Assembly: GCA_904501925.1 (NCBI GenBank) | Contig: CAJGCO010000007.1 | Span: forward strand, 182 to 64,181 | From: an uncultured Alphaproteobacteria bacterium | Lineage (GTDB): Bacteria > Pseudomonadota > Alphaproteobacteria > RF32 > CAG-239 | DNA: 64,000 nucleotides | Reading direction: 5' to 3' | Shown here: in pieces, positions 48,092 to 58,326 of the stretch | How the letters are laid out: each line of letters opens with the position of its first letter | Numbering within the stretch: position 1 is the stretch's first letter | The notes under the pieces: generated by a model | Seen by the model: only the letters and a program-made list of their open reading frames with translations | Databases searched by the model: none | Told to the model about the DNA's origin: nothing | Made by a program: the position numbers and the translations under genes

Positions 48092-49603
48092 CTAATATTC
48101 CTCATTAATAACTTTTAGTTCTTCATCACTCATTAATTTAGGATTTTTACCATTCTCAAGACTATATCCCTTAATAGCTACATCTTTTTCAAATAAAACC
48201 TTAGCCATCAAAGTTCCGTCTTCATTAAACGCATCAAGCATACCATGTTTCTTATCTTTTTCATAAGAAATTTCACCCATTAACTCTCCAGTTGGATAAA
48301 ATCTCTTAACCTTACCTTCTTTTCTACCTTTTACATATGGTACCTCATAGGCAATATTTCCATCTTCATAATATCTTAGTGAAAGCCCATCTAATAAACC
48401 ATCCACATAAATAGCCACCAGTTTTACCTTATCATCATCAAAATATTCTTTATACTCACCATTTAACACATCATCAACATATGTACTTTCTGACACAACT
48501 TTACCTTTGGTATCAAATTTCTTTTCAATACCATTTTTCTTACCTTTTATATAAGAAACTTCAAACTCTTTTTTACCATTACTATCATAATATCTAGCCA
48601 AACCATCAGCTATTGAGTTTGCATAATTTATTTCAGACTTCAAAAGTGCTGTTTCATAATATTCACGAACAAGTCCATTTATATATCCATATTCATACAT
48701 TTTTTCACTTTTAACAACACCATCAGTATAGTACTCTGTCTCAATACCATTTTTTGCATTATCAACATAATTAGTTGCAATTTTAACCATACCATCTGGA
48801 TAATAAGACTTAGCCACACCTTCACGAATACTATCTTTATACATAACAACTAAATCTAACTCACCTGTTTGTTTATAAAATTTACCTTCCCCATTAATAT
48901 AATCATCAACATAAACAACAACAGCTTCTAATGCCCCATTATCAAAATAGTTTGTCATTTCACCATTTTTCAAACCATTTACATATGAAATACTAGATTT
49001 TAATTGACCATTAGGGTAATATATTTCACGCACCCCTTCAATTTTATCAGCAACATAATTAGCAGTTTCTGCTACTTCTCCATCGTTAAAATAAGCAACA
49101 AATTTACCATTTTTCGCACCATTTGCTGTTGTATAACTTTCTTTTATATTACCATTTTTATAATAAGTTTTTACAATTCCATCTAAAACATCATGAGCAT
49201 ATTCTATTCTTTCTTTCACTTTACCATTAACATAATATACTCTTTTAACTCCATTAATAATACCATTTTTATATGGAATTTTTTCTTTTAACTCACCAGT
49301 TGGGTAATAATATAAAGCATCACCATGCATTTTGCCATCAACAAATGGAACATCTGCAGTTTTTCTGCCTTTTTCATCGAAAAATTGCGCTACACCATTT
49401 AATAGACCTTTAACATATGGTTCTCTACTTTTTATTACATTATTATCATAAAAAGATTCATAGCCCCCAGTTACTACTTCACCATTTATATCAAACAACA
49501 TACCATTAACAACGTGAGTATTATCAACCTTATAAACATACTCAGCATTTACATTATAAATACAACCTAATAAAGCAGTAATAAAATATATTAAAAATCT
49601 CAT
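48092..49603 (-). CDS. Secreted MORN-variant (YwqK-type) repeat protein
   Basis: Trimmed to the ATG at 49603 (signal peptide MRFLIYFITALLGCIYNVNA). About 18 tandem repeats of the form YYxNGxxKxxxxYxxGxxxG. Confidence 0.8.
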   Translation of the reverse strand: MRFLIYFITALLGCIYNVNAEYVYKVDNTHVVNGMLFDINGEVVTGGYESFYDNNVIKSREPYVKGLLNGVAQFFDEKGRKTADVPFVDGKMHGDALYYYPTGELKEKIPYKNGIINGVKRVYYVNGKVKERIEYAHDVLDGIVKTYYKNGNIKESYTTANGAKNGKFVAYFNDGEVAETANYVADKIEGVREIYYPNGQLKSSISYVNGLKNGEMTNYFDNGALEAVVVYVDDYINGEGKFYKQTGELDLVVMYKDSIREGVAKSYYPDGMVKIATNYVDNAKNGIETEYYTDGVVKSEKMYEYGYINGLVREYYETALLKSEINYANSIADGLARYYDSNGKKEFEVSYIKGKKNGIEKKFDTKGKVVSESTYVDDVLNGEYKEYFDDDKVKLVAIYVDGLLDGLSLRYYEDGNIAYEVPYVKGRKEGKVKRFYPTGELMGEISYEKDKKHGMLDAFNEDGTLMAKVLFEKDVAIKGYSLENGKNPKLMSDEELKVINEEY

Positions 49604-49698
49604 ATGCAATTCCCCATATTTTTCTTTGATTTTAAACAAATAAAGAAAATATATTCAAGCAAAAATATCGTTTAATCACATACTATAAGAGATTATTA

Positions 49699-50436
49699 TT
49701 AAGCCTGGCTACCTATTTGTTTAATTATCTTATCAGCAACAATAAAAATACATGCCAATATCAATAAATAAAAAACAAAACCACTTATATAAATATTTAA
49801 TCCAAGTGATAAAACCACACTCAAAATTTCAAATCCAGCAACAACAATCGCACACAATCTCATCATCTGATTTTTATCCAGAGCGCCTTCAAATTTTGTT
49901 TTTACAACCCACTTCATAAGTAACATTGCAACTAAACTTTTTATCAAACTCAAAACAAATGAAAAAACAATAATCATAATAGATAAAACAACGCTCAATA
50001 CAACCAAATATCCATCAAGCCATCCTTTGAACTTTTCAACATCATGAACACCATCTGATAACCCTACTTTTTTAACACTTTGATTAAATGCCGCAACAAA
50101 ACTATCCTTTGTTATATATATACCATTATCAAATTTATCATAAACCACATCTTCACGTGTATCTAATACAACTTTTATTTCATCTTTTTTTTCTTTGTCT
50201 TCATCAATTTTAATACCTGTTTCTTTGTATACATTACTAGGTTCTACAATTTGCCCTTTCTCAACCTTAATTGGCAAAACCTCTTCAGCAACCAACATAA
50301 CAGCTGGCTTAAAATCATTACATGCCAACTTAAACATACATAAATAAATAGATGCAATCATAACACTAGATGCTAATAAAAACATCAATCCAATACCTTT
50401 ACCTCTTAACACATAATATACAATTTTATTCATCAT
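49699..50436 (-). CDS. Polytopic membrane protein, function unknown
   Basis: 245 aa. One N-terminal and about three C-terminal TM helices. A DUF1189-like impression only. Confidence 0.5.
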   Translation of the reverse strand: MMNKIVYYVLRGKGIGLMFLLASSVMIASIYLCMFKLACNDFKPAVMLVAEEVLPIKVEKGQIVEPSNVYKETGIKIDEDKEKKDEIKVVLDTREDVVYDKFDNGIYITKDSFVAAFNQSVKKVGLSDGVHDVEKFKGWLDGYLVVLSVVLSIMIIVFSFVLSLIKSLVAMLLMKWVVKTKFEGALDKNQMMRLCAIVVAGFEILSVVLSLGLNIYISGFVFYLLILACIFIVADKIIKQIGSQA

Positions 50437-50447
50437 TTTACCTCTTA

Positions 50448-51506
50448 TTAAAAATTATATTTCAAACCAGCATCAATTAACAATGCATCATTATTACCAA
50501 ATTCTTTTTCAATTCCACCATGTATACTAAAGTTTTTATAATCATACATAGCTCTAAACATTAACACACCTCTATTTTGATTTTTTCTATGAGCAAGACT
50601 ATATCTACCACTCATATTATTCATCTCTACATCAAAACTCTTTCCATCTTCAAAAAACTCTACATAATAAAGCCCACCTAATTTAACACCCAATTTTGTA
50701 TCATTATCATAAACAACGTCTTTTCTTAAAAACGCACCAATACCTGCCTCAACTGTTAAATTATTATTATCATCAATCTTTATTGCATTATTAAGATTTC
50801 CTTCGTTAAATCCATTTTGATACATTCCAAACATATTAAGTTCAGCCAATGGTTCAAATTCAAATCCACCAACAACATCAATCTTTTTACTTACCGATGA
50901 ATTTAATCCATATTGATATTCATCAAAACTTGCGCTTCTTTTACCAAATTCGCCATACCTATTATATTTCGTATCATTATAACCTAAATACAATTTAGAA
51001 CGTAAATTTACACCATTATTTAATTCATATCTAACAGGCAACCACACACCAAATGTTTTACTATCTCTACTCCCTTGATTACCATATTTACCATCAACTG
51101 TAGCCATACTGATACCTAATCCATAAACCAATCCGTTGCTATTCTTATCTTTTATCATTCCATATGCAACATTAGCTTCAACATCGCCACCCTTTATAAC
51201 TCCATCATCACCTAAAGACATATCAACATATTTATATCCACCCATATAATTTTTATCACTATCCAAACCCTCATCAAAATCACGACTTAAATTACGATAT
51301 AATATTGCATTTTCACTTCTAAAATTAGGCAAGATTTTTCCACCTAAATTGCTTGCAATTTTTTCATCCAATTCATTCTTAGTGTTTGCACTTTTTAAGC
51401 TTGCATATAATCCTTCATTGTTTTCTAAATTATAGTTAGTTTCTAAAAATTCTGATACACTTTTATCTTCAACTAAATCATCAAAACCTTTTCTTGTTAA
51501 AACCAC
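50448..51506 (-). CDS. Autotransporter beta-barrel (translocator) domain, out of frame with the passenger ORF
   Basis: Alternating amphipathic beta-strand pattern with a terminal ...AGLKYNF (C-terminal aromatic). It begins only at a GTG inside the overlap with the upstream ORF. Confidence 0.7.
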   Translation of the reverse strand: MVLTRKGFDDLVEDKSVSEFLETNYNLENNEGLYASLKSANTKNELDEKIASNLGGKILPNFRSENAILYRNLSRDFDEGLDSDKNYMGGYKYVDMSLGDDGVIKGGDVEANVAYGMIKDKNSNGLVYGLGISMATVDGKYGNQGSRDSKTFGVWLPVRYELNNGVNLRSKLYLGYNDTKYNRYGEFGKRSASFDEYQYGLNSSVSKKIDVVGGFEFEPLAELNMFGMYQNGFNEGNLNNAIKIDDNNNLTVEAGIGAFLRKDVVYDNDTKLGVKLGGLYYVEFFEDGKSFDVEMNNMSGRYSLAHRKNQNRGVLMFRAMYDYKNFSIHGGIEKEFGNNDALLIDAGLKYNF

Positions 51507-53770
51507 ATCATATCCACCGTTTTCATTTTACTAGAACTTGCATCAAACATATAAGATTTTGATTTTAAATTTAACTCTTCAACATCTTTTGATTGCAAAG
51601 ACGCTACTTCCACATATTTATCTTCAAACCCACCTTTTACAATATTTTCTGATACACCAATATCACCACTCAATTTATCTGCAAAAAATCTTCCACCTTG
51701 AGCTAAAATAATCTCACCCTTGCCAAATGAACTTAAATCACCTAAAACTCCTTTATTTCCCCCATATACATCTATAGCTTCACCATTTATAAAGCTATCT
51801 TCTTCTCCATTAAATATTATATTACCACTATTTTCAATAACACTACCATTTTCTAAATAAATTCCAGCACCACTTTCAGCGCCACTAATAATAATATCAC
51901 CACTATTTTGAACAAGTGAACCACTTTGCGCATATATACCAAACGCTCTACCTCCATTTTGAGCATCAACCTCAATTTTATCGCCATCAACTTCATCCTC
52001 AAAAGTCTCACGATAAATATTAATTAGCCCCTCATTTACAATCCTTGAATTACTTTCACCATAAATACCAATAGCCGTACCATTACCAATATTATTTATA
52101 TTTATTTCACCACTATTTTTTATGATTGCACCACCTGCTCCACGCATACCTGTTGCAACACCATCACCTGCATTAACAATATTTATAACAGATTCAACTC
52201 TCCCGTTTTTACCACCTGCACCATAACTAAGATTTTCTATTGTTCCATTAGCGCTTGGCATATACATACCATAGCTATCACCATTACCTTTATTTACAAT
52301 ATTTACATTACCCTTAATACTACTATCAGCCAATGCATTTCCATCATAGGCTAAACCATTATACATCATTTCTCCGCCATAAATACCATAATTATTACCA
52401 TTTCCAATATTATGAATATTTATATTTCCCTCAATATTACTACCATTATCACCAGCAGCATTTATCACAAACCATTGCTTCACATTATTATCTGTATCTT
52501 CATATGATCTTTGAACACTAATACCATAAACATCACCATCGCCAACGCTCTCAATATTAACTGTTCCTTTTCCTGTATCACCAGGCGCAAATTGATGCGA
52601 TGTAGCATTAAACACTCCCAAATATCCACTTACACCATAAATATCGCCATCTGCTTTAATGTTTATATTACCAAGCGACAACCCATTCCAACCAATAAAT
52701 GCATTATATGCTCTATCATCTCCAAATACACCATATGTAGTACCTTTTCCCATATGGCTAATGTCTATATATCCATTAGCTCTTCCATAATCAACACCAT
52801 ACGCATTTACAGCTTCCCATGAATTATTTGCATTCACAACATTAGAATAAATTCCATATACTTTTCCACTACCTTTATTATCAATAACTATCCTACCAAT
52901 AGAATTATTTAATGGATTTATTTCATGTTCTGCTCTCATACCATCAACAAACGCATTCATGACAAAACCTTCACCATAAACACCGCTAACCATACCATTT
53001 CCTTTATTTTTAATATTAATTTCGGCATAATCATCTTGATGCGCATATGCTGAATATAAATTATAAACACCATTACCAGTAGAATAAACCGCAAACACAT
53101 CATCGTTTGTCGCATTATTTATATTAACGTCACCACCTTGAACAAATTCTCCACCAATATCATCAACATTATCAGATGCTCCTTCATCAGGAATACAGCT
53201 ATTACCTACCAAATGATATCCATCTCGACAAGGATTTCCATCACTATTACTAGAAGATGATGACCCTCCACCGCCAGAAGTTAAAGCAGCTATTCCACCA
53301 ACACCCAACAAACCTGCAATCACATATTTTTTATCAATACTTGATTTACTTTTTTCTACACTTCCATTTGTAGCATAAATTTCTCTTAGTTCTTCTTCTG
53401 TAAATATCTTATCAATATTGTTCTTAGCATATTCAATAAACGCTTCGTTAAATTCTTCTATTCTTTCACTACTTGCAACTTCTTTCACACAAGAGTTTCT
53501 AACACTACCCCCCACACTTCTCAAAATCACATAAGCTTTTTTATCATTATTTGCCAAAGCATAGCAAATTGCAGTATATCCATCTTGGCTAAAACCATTA
53601 ATATTATATCCTTTTGCAATATAATTTTTTATATTTGCAACATTTCCTATTTTTGCATTATTATAAGCATACTGTGCAAATGACATACCTGAAGAAAAAG
53701 CCTCATTTGCATTAACAAACAAGCCTAAAAATGATAAAAATCCAAATTTTATTATACTTTTTAACTTCAT
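51497..53770 (-). CDS. Autotransporter passenger region (signal peptide, ankyrin-like N-terminus, Gly/Asn-rich beta-helix repeats)
   Basis: 757 aa. Signal peptide MKLKSIIKFGFLSFLGLFVNANEA. GYTAICYALANNDKKAYVILRSVGG is ankyrin-like. Many repeats of NI.N.G.G..YGIY type. Ends 10 nt inside the barrel ORF in another frame. Confidence 0.7.
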   Translation of the reverse strand: MKLKSIIKFGFLSFLGLFVNANEAFSSGMSFAQYAYNNAKIGNVANIKNYIAKGYNINGFSQDGYTAICYALANNDKKAYVILRSVGGSVRNSCVKEVASSERIEEFNEAFIEYAKNNIDKIFTEEELREIYATNGSVEKSKSSIDKKYVIAGLLGVGGIAALTSGGGGSSSSSNSDGNPCRDGYHLVGNSCIPDEGASDNVDDIGGEFVQGGDVNINNATNDDVFAVYSTGNGVYNLYSAYAHQDDYAEINIKNKGNGMVSGVYGEGFVMNAFVDGMRAEHEINPLNNSIGRIVIDNKGSGKVYGIYSNVVNANNSWEAVNAYGVDYGRANGYIDISHMGKGTTYGVFGDDRAYNAFIGWNGLSLGNINIKADGDIYGVSGYLGVFNATSHQFAPGDTGKGTVNIESVGDGDVYGISVQRSYEDTDNNVKQWFVINAAGDNGSNIEGNINIHNIGNGNNYGIYGGEMMYNGLAYDGNALADSSIKGNVNIVNKGNGDSYGMYMPSANGTIENLSYGAGGKNGRVESVINIVNAGDGVATGMRGAGGAIIKNSGEININNIGNGTAIGIYGESNSRIVNEGLINIYRETFEDEVDGDKIEVDAQNGGRAFGIYAQSGSLVQNSGDIIISGAESGAGIYLENGSVIENSGNIIFNGEEDSFINGEAIDVYGGNKGVLGDLSSFGKGEIILAQGGRFFADKLSGDIGVSENIVKGGFEDKYVEVASLQSKDVEELNLKSKSYMFDASSSKMKTVDMMWF

Positions 53771-53875
53771 GCTTATATTCCAAACTAGTTTTCAATATAC
53801 ACTATAAAGTAAAAAGCTTAATTTTTTATTTATTAGCTAATAAAATCCAACACAATAAATACCATTTAACCCTAA

Positions 53876-53903
53876 AACAAAGAGGAGCATTTCGCTCCTC
53901 TTT
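53876..53903 (-). terminator. Rho-independent terminator after the NMO-like gene
   Basis: AGAGGAGC/GCTCCTCT stem, 5-nt loop. TTTGTTTT follows on the minus strand. Confidence 0.75.
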
Positions 53904-53910
53904 CCCCCTA

Positions 53911-55302
53911 TTACCTTCCGGCTTTAATTGCTTCAATCAACTCATGGGTTGTAGGTATATTACCATTTGCATACAATGGATCTTTAGCAAAACGATATAC
54001 TTGGTGTCCAGCAAACAACAAATTATCATCAACACTACCACCATGACCAATATCAACTAATGTTTTGTGAATACAATATGTACGAGGATCACAAATCTTA
54101 CCTGTAGTACCTTTTAGACCAGACCAAGAAGAAAACTGACATTGAGACAAACAACCAACGCATTTAGCTCTATCATTTTTCATTGTTGCCCATTCTTCAG
54201 GAGTTAAGAACACAACTGTGCTATCAGGTGTTTCTTGAATAACACTAAACCCTGCATTAATTTGATTATTAGCTTTTGCTAAATCAGCAGATTTAATATA
54301 AACCTTTTTAACCTGACTTAATGCTAATTCAGTATCAAACTCATCATTTTGTTCAGCACTAAATAAAATCTCACCCTCTTTTCTTTCCATCAAACGAAGC
54401 AAGAATTTATTTTTAATTGCAGAAGAATAAAAACCAGTAGGACTAAATAATTGAAGCGCCACATCACCTGGTTTTGTGTTCAACATAACCTTTTTCCACT
54501 CATCACTAACAGGACTTTCTTTTGTAATCATAGGACGAGTACCAAATTGGAAAGCAACCAATCCAATTTCTGGATTCTCAATATATTTTTCCCATTCACT
54601 TAAACACCAAACACCACCAGCAATAATTACTGGAATATTTTGCAATCCAAGGGAATTCATTGTTGCTCTTAAATCTTTAATTCTATCATATGGATCTTGT
54701 GGCTCATTTGGATTTTCAGCATTAGATAAACCATTGTGTCCGCCAGCAAGCCATGGATCTTCATACACAACACCACCCAAAAATTCGCTATACTTAGAAT
54801 AAGCTCTTTTCCATAAAATTTGTAATGCACGAGAAGAAGAAACAATAGGATAATAATATACCCCATTTTCACTTGCAATTTCACCTAATTTATAAGGAAG
54901 CCCCGCACCACATGTAACACCATGAATAAGACCTTTAGTCTCTTTTAACACTTCTCTAATAACGATTTCAGAATCAGCTAATTCCCAAAGTTCATTTGCA
55001 TGAATTCTACCATTATCACCAGCAATTTCATGAGCTATCTGAGCTTGTTTAATACCACCTTTAATTGCACCAGCAATCAAATCTTCATGGCGTTCTTGTC
55101 TCTTAAGTTTTGTAGAACGTTCCAAAACAGCATTGCCATTTTCGTCATAATAGTCAGCACTAACCAAAGAAATTGTACCAACACAACCTTCTTTAGCAAA
55201 ATGACCACTACTAAAACCATTTGTAGCATTAATACCCTTTCCACCCTCAATAATTGGGCAAACTTCTTTTCCAGAAATCATAATATTTTTTAAATTAATC
55301 AC
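53911..55302 (-). CDS. Nitronate monooxygenase / FabK-like FMN oxidoreductase family protein (long form)
   Basis: 463 aa. CPIIEGGKGI, VTCGAGLPYKL and PVIIAGGVW are typical of the NMO (2-nitropropane dioxygenase-like) TIM barrel. There is a C-terminal Cys cluster (CVGCLSQCQ). Confidence 0.65.
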   Translation of the reverse strand: MINLKNIMISGKEVCPIIEGGKGINATNGFSSGHFAKEGCVGTISLVSADYYDENGNAVLERSTKLKRQERHEDLIAGAIKGGIKQAQIAHEIAGDNGRIHANELWELADSEIVIREVLKETKGLIHGVTCGAGLPYKLGEIASENGVYYYPIVSSSRALQILWKRAYSKYSEFLGGVVYEDPWLAGGHNGLSNAENPNEPQDPYDRIKDLRATMNSLGLQNIPVIIAGGVWCLSEWEKYIENPEIGLVAFQFGTRPMITKESPVSDEWKKVMLNTKPGDVALQLFSPTGFYSSAIKNKFLLRLMERKEGEILFSAEQNDEFDTELALSQVKKVYIKSADLAKANNQINAGFSVIQETPDSTVVFLTPEEWATMKNDRAKCVGCLSQCQFSSWSGLKGTTGKICDPRTYCIHKTLVDIGHGGSVDDNLLFAGHQVYRFAKDPLYANGNIPTTHELIEAIKAGR

Positions 55303-55411
55303 GGGTCTTATCCTTTTTAAAATTCATTCCATACAAGGCTTATAACACATTTTTTTAAAAATAAAAGTAGGATTTTTTTCTCCACAAAGTATCCCTAATG
55401 ATACTAATGGA

Positions 55412-56869
55412 CTAAAAAGGTTTAAATAATCTCACCCAATCCACATCATTACCAATCACAAATCCTATAATCACACAACAATAAGTATATGTAATTAAAC
55501 CACTTAATAGCATTGCACCCAATCTTCTTAATAATAATCTTTTATATTTTTTTACAACAAAATGCAAAAAATTAAAAAATAAAATAATTGCGATTAACTG
55601 TAGAGAAATACCAATTTCTTCCAACACATCTTTACTAACATACATCAATCTCAACAAACCAGGCAACAACAAAATATAAAAACCGATTATTCCATATGTT
55701 ATTCTCAAAGCCTTTTGTTCATGCAAAAAGTGTTGTTTTTTATCAGCTTGCAAGCTTTCTTTAGATAATTTCCTTAGTTCAAAACCTCTAATTTTTTTAG
55801 GCTCAACTTTTTTCTCTTTAATAGTTTTTAGATTCGCTTTTAATTTTTCTTCAGCCACACATAAACCACATCCTTTATTCGTAAAATACACGTGGTTAGG
55901 ATTCTTTTTACATCTCTTCATGCTCTTTAGCAAATTATCCAATTCAATCTGCCATTCAATAGCTGTTGGGCGATTCTGTCCTTTAACAAACGCCCTATCA
56001 AATAACTTCATAGTACTTAACAGCAAAAATTCATGAATACTATAAGGATGAGGATTTTGATAACTATCCCCCCATAATCCATACGCATAATGGTAATGCT
56101 CAATACGTTCTTGTATTGATAATGTACTATCCTTATTTTTCTTAACCACACCAGAATATGGGTGAATACCATTATTTAATAACTTAAATATTATCACTGC
56201 TAATGCAAATTTATCTTGCTCTTCCCCCATATCCTCACAAGTACCACTCATACCCTCAGGATAGATATATTCTTCACTAACAAATTCTGCAGGAAATCTA
56301 GCTTGTTCACCTTGTATAGAAAAACCATCACAATCAAACATAGCAACAGTCATCGTCTTCTTATAAATCGAAACATTTGATGGTTTTAAGTCAATAATAT
56401 AATGCCCATATTTATGTAGTGACGCCACCATTAAAGCCACATTATACGCCGCCATAATTCTATATTCATATTTATCACTTAATTTCAATTTTGCTCTAAC
56501 AGCACTTTGCATTAAGTGATCTAAAGAAACAGCCGCACTCGTATCAATAAAAGGCATCAAATACCCAACACAATACCCCTCATCATCTTCAATAACTGCT
56601 TCCGGCCAAGCGATTTGAACATAGTCAACCCCTCCAGCTCTAACACTAGAAATATTAGGGTTATTTACAACCATCGCCTCTAATTTAAAACGATTAGAAT
56701 TACTTTTTTGTCTTTCATGAAATATCTTTGCAACTTTATCTTTTTTTCCTTCAATTTCATAAATTTTACCAGCAGCACCACCTTTATTAAGCAACGCACC
56801 TAGCTTAATTCTTTCAAAATGTCTATCTGCAAAAATCGCATTATATTGCATATTTTCAGTTTCACTCAT
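55412..56869 (-). CDS. Ser/Thr protein kinase with a C-terminal transmembrane region (TerY-P triad kinase)
   Basis: ATG at 56869 in an ATGA overlap with the PP2C stop. Gly-loop GGAAGKIYEI, VAKIF lysine, catalytic loop IIDLKPSNV, FDCDGFS (DFG-like). About three TM helices in the last ~100 aa. Confidence 0.8.
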   Translation of the reverse strand: MSETENMQYNAIFADRHFERIKLGALLNKGGAAGKIYEIEGKKDKVAKIFHERQKSNSNRFKLEAMVVNNPNISSVRAGGVDYVQIAWPEAVIEDDEGYCVGYLMPFIDTSAAVSLDHLMQSAVRAKLKLSDKYEYRIMAAYNVALMVASLHKYGHYIIDLKPSNVSIYKKTMTVAMFDCDGFSIQGEQARFPAEFVSEEYIYPEGMSGTCEDMGEEQDKFALAVIIFKLLNNGIHPYSGVVKKNKDSTLSIQERIEHYHYAYGLWGDSYQNPHPYSIHEFLLLSTMKLFDRAFVKGQNRPTAIEWQIELDNLLKSMKRCKKNPNHVYFTNKGCGLCVAEEKLKANLKTIKEKKVEPKKIRGFELRKLSKESLQADKKQHFLHEQKALRITYGIIGFYILLLPGLLRLMYVSKDVLEEIGISLQLIAIILFFNFLHFVVKKYKRLLLRRLGAMLLSGLITYTYCCVIIGFVIGNDVDWVRLFKPF

Positions 56870-57618
56870 AGTCCAACCCACAAAAAAGTCTTATCATCCG
56901 AATTTAGTTTGCGTGCCTGCTTTGTATCCAATGTATTATTCAGAGCTTTTAATGCTTTTATCTTATTTGGTTCGTCTCTTAAATACTTATTTATTGGTTC
57001 TAAAAAACTCTCCTTTAATTCGCAATTATTTTCATCAATCGCAAACCCTGTAACCCCATCTGTCATCAAAAATAACGAACTAGATTTAGGAATTCTTGTA
57101 AATCTCAAACTATCTTTCCAATTATTCATTGTATAAAAATATGTTTCACAAGAAAACGTACCATTATGAGGAGGAGAAATTGTATATTCAGATTTTATAT
57201 TTTCTCCATCTAATGCAATACCTGCCCCATCCCCAATATGGAAAAACATTCCTTTATTTTTATGATAAATCACCCCAACAACCGTTGCAGAAAAATTCAA
57301 TATCTCTTTTTCAGATTTACTCTTATTAAGTCTATGAATTACAAGCTTTGCTCTAGCCATTTCAATAGCTTTTTTAACCCCTTCTTCAACATCTTTCAAA
57401 GGAGTATTTATCAAAACATTAACTATTGTTTCACAAACAACTTTTGCACCAATTTTACCATATTTAGCAGAACCAGCTCCATCACTAACCACTGCCACTA
57501 GCTTATTACCCGAACAAGCATAATGATAAAAATCCTGACAAGGAGTATTTTTTTGCTTATGCAAACCACCTGTAATTTTAGTTGCTATAACTCTAATATT
57601 CTTAAGCTTCCTCGTCAT
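56866..57618 (-). CDS. PP2C-family Ser/Thr phosphatase (TerY-P triad phosphatase)
   Basis: The ATG at 57618 (GAGGG SD, inside the end of the vWA gene) is preferred over 57636. NTPCQDFYHY...VAVVSDGAGSAKYG...FHIGDGAG...LMTDGV is of the PP2C_2 type. Confidence 0.8.
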   Translation of the reverse strand: MTRKLKNIRVIATKITGGLHKQKNTPCQDFYHYACSGNKLVAVVSDGAGSAKYGKIGAKVVCETIVNVLINTPLKDVEEGVKKAIEMARAKLVIHRLNKSKSEKEILNFSATVVGVIYHKNKGMFFHIGDGAGIALDGENIKSEYTISPPHNGTFSCETYFYTMNNWKDSLRFTRIPKSSSLFLMTDGVTGFAIDENNCELKESFLEPINKYLRDEPNKIKALKALNNTLDTKQARKLNSDDKTFLWVGL

Positions 57619-58300
57619 TCCAGCCCTCAATATCATCTAAAATATCAGGCATATTAGGCGCCGCTCTTGATATACATGAAACACTTCTAGATAACCACAA
57701 GAAAAACTCTGTAAATTTCAAACCACTCAAACGTTTTGGAGACATAATAGAAAACTTAGCCAACTTTTCCAAATTCGCCCCTTGTGTTCCAACTGCATGA
57801 ATAACAACCTTTTTATTTTGTTGTGCTAATCTACATTTTTCAGCAGCTAATTCCCAACCATAATCAGTTGGCTCCCCATCACTAATCAAAAATATCCAAG
57901 GTCTTTTAGATGTAATCCCACAGCTATCATACAAACATTTTTGCTCTTCAATTTTTTTCAATGCAAGTTCCATAGCTTTACCGATTGGTGATAATCCACT
58001 AGCTTCCATTGTTGGCGCAGTAAAGTTCATCGCATCAACCCAATCAGCAGAAATATCCGCATCATCTTTACCATAAGCTTTAATAACCAAAAGTTGCACA
58101 CGAGAACTAGCATCTATATCATCTTTTAATTCTTTTTCCAAAGCCATCAAACCGGTATTTAATTGTTTAATAGGCTCCCCCCTCATTGAACCAGAACAAT
58201 CAAGCACCAAAATACAAGGAGTTCTCTCATTTGCATTTTCAGCAAATTCCACATATGGAATCATTATATCACTAAAATCATCATCTCTTTTATTATCCAT
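57602..58300 (-). CDS. TerY-like von Willebrand factor A domain protein
   Basis: 232 aa. MIDAS motif LVLDCSGSM, LISDGEPTD, and a TerY-like size and C-terminus. Confidence 0.85.
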   Translation of the reverse strand: MDNKRDDDFSDIMIPYVEFAENANERTPCILVLDCSGSMRGEPIKQLNTGLMALEKELKDDIDASSRVQLLVIKAYGKDDADISADWVDAMNFTAPTMEASGLSPIGKAMELALKKIEEQKCLYDSCGITSKRPWIFLISDGEPTDYGWELAAEKCRLAQQNKKVVIHAVGTQGANLEKLAKFSIMSPKRLSGLKFTEFFLWLSRSVSCISRAAPNMPDILDDIEGWNDEEA

Positions 58301-58326
58301 TTTTTACCTCTATATACTAAAAGATT

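Noticed and set aside
52333-52822. Plus-strand ORFs (62 aa and 103 aa) rich in His/Tyr/Ile.
   Set aside because: They are antisense to the Gly/Asn-rich autotransporter passenger repeats, an artefact of repeat composition.
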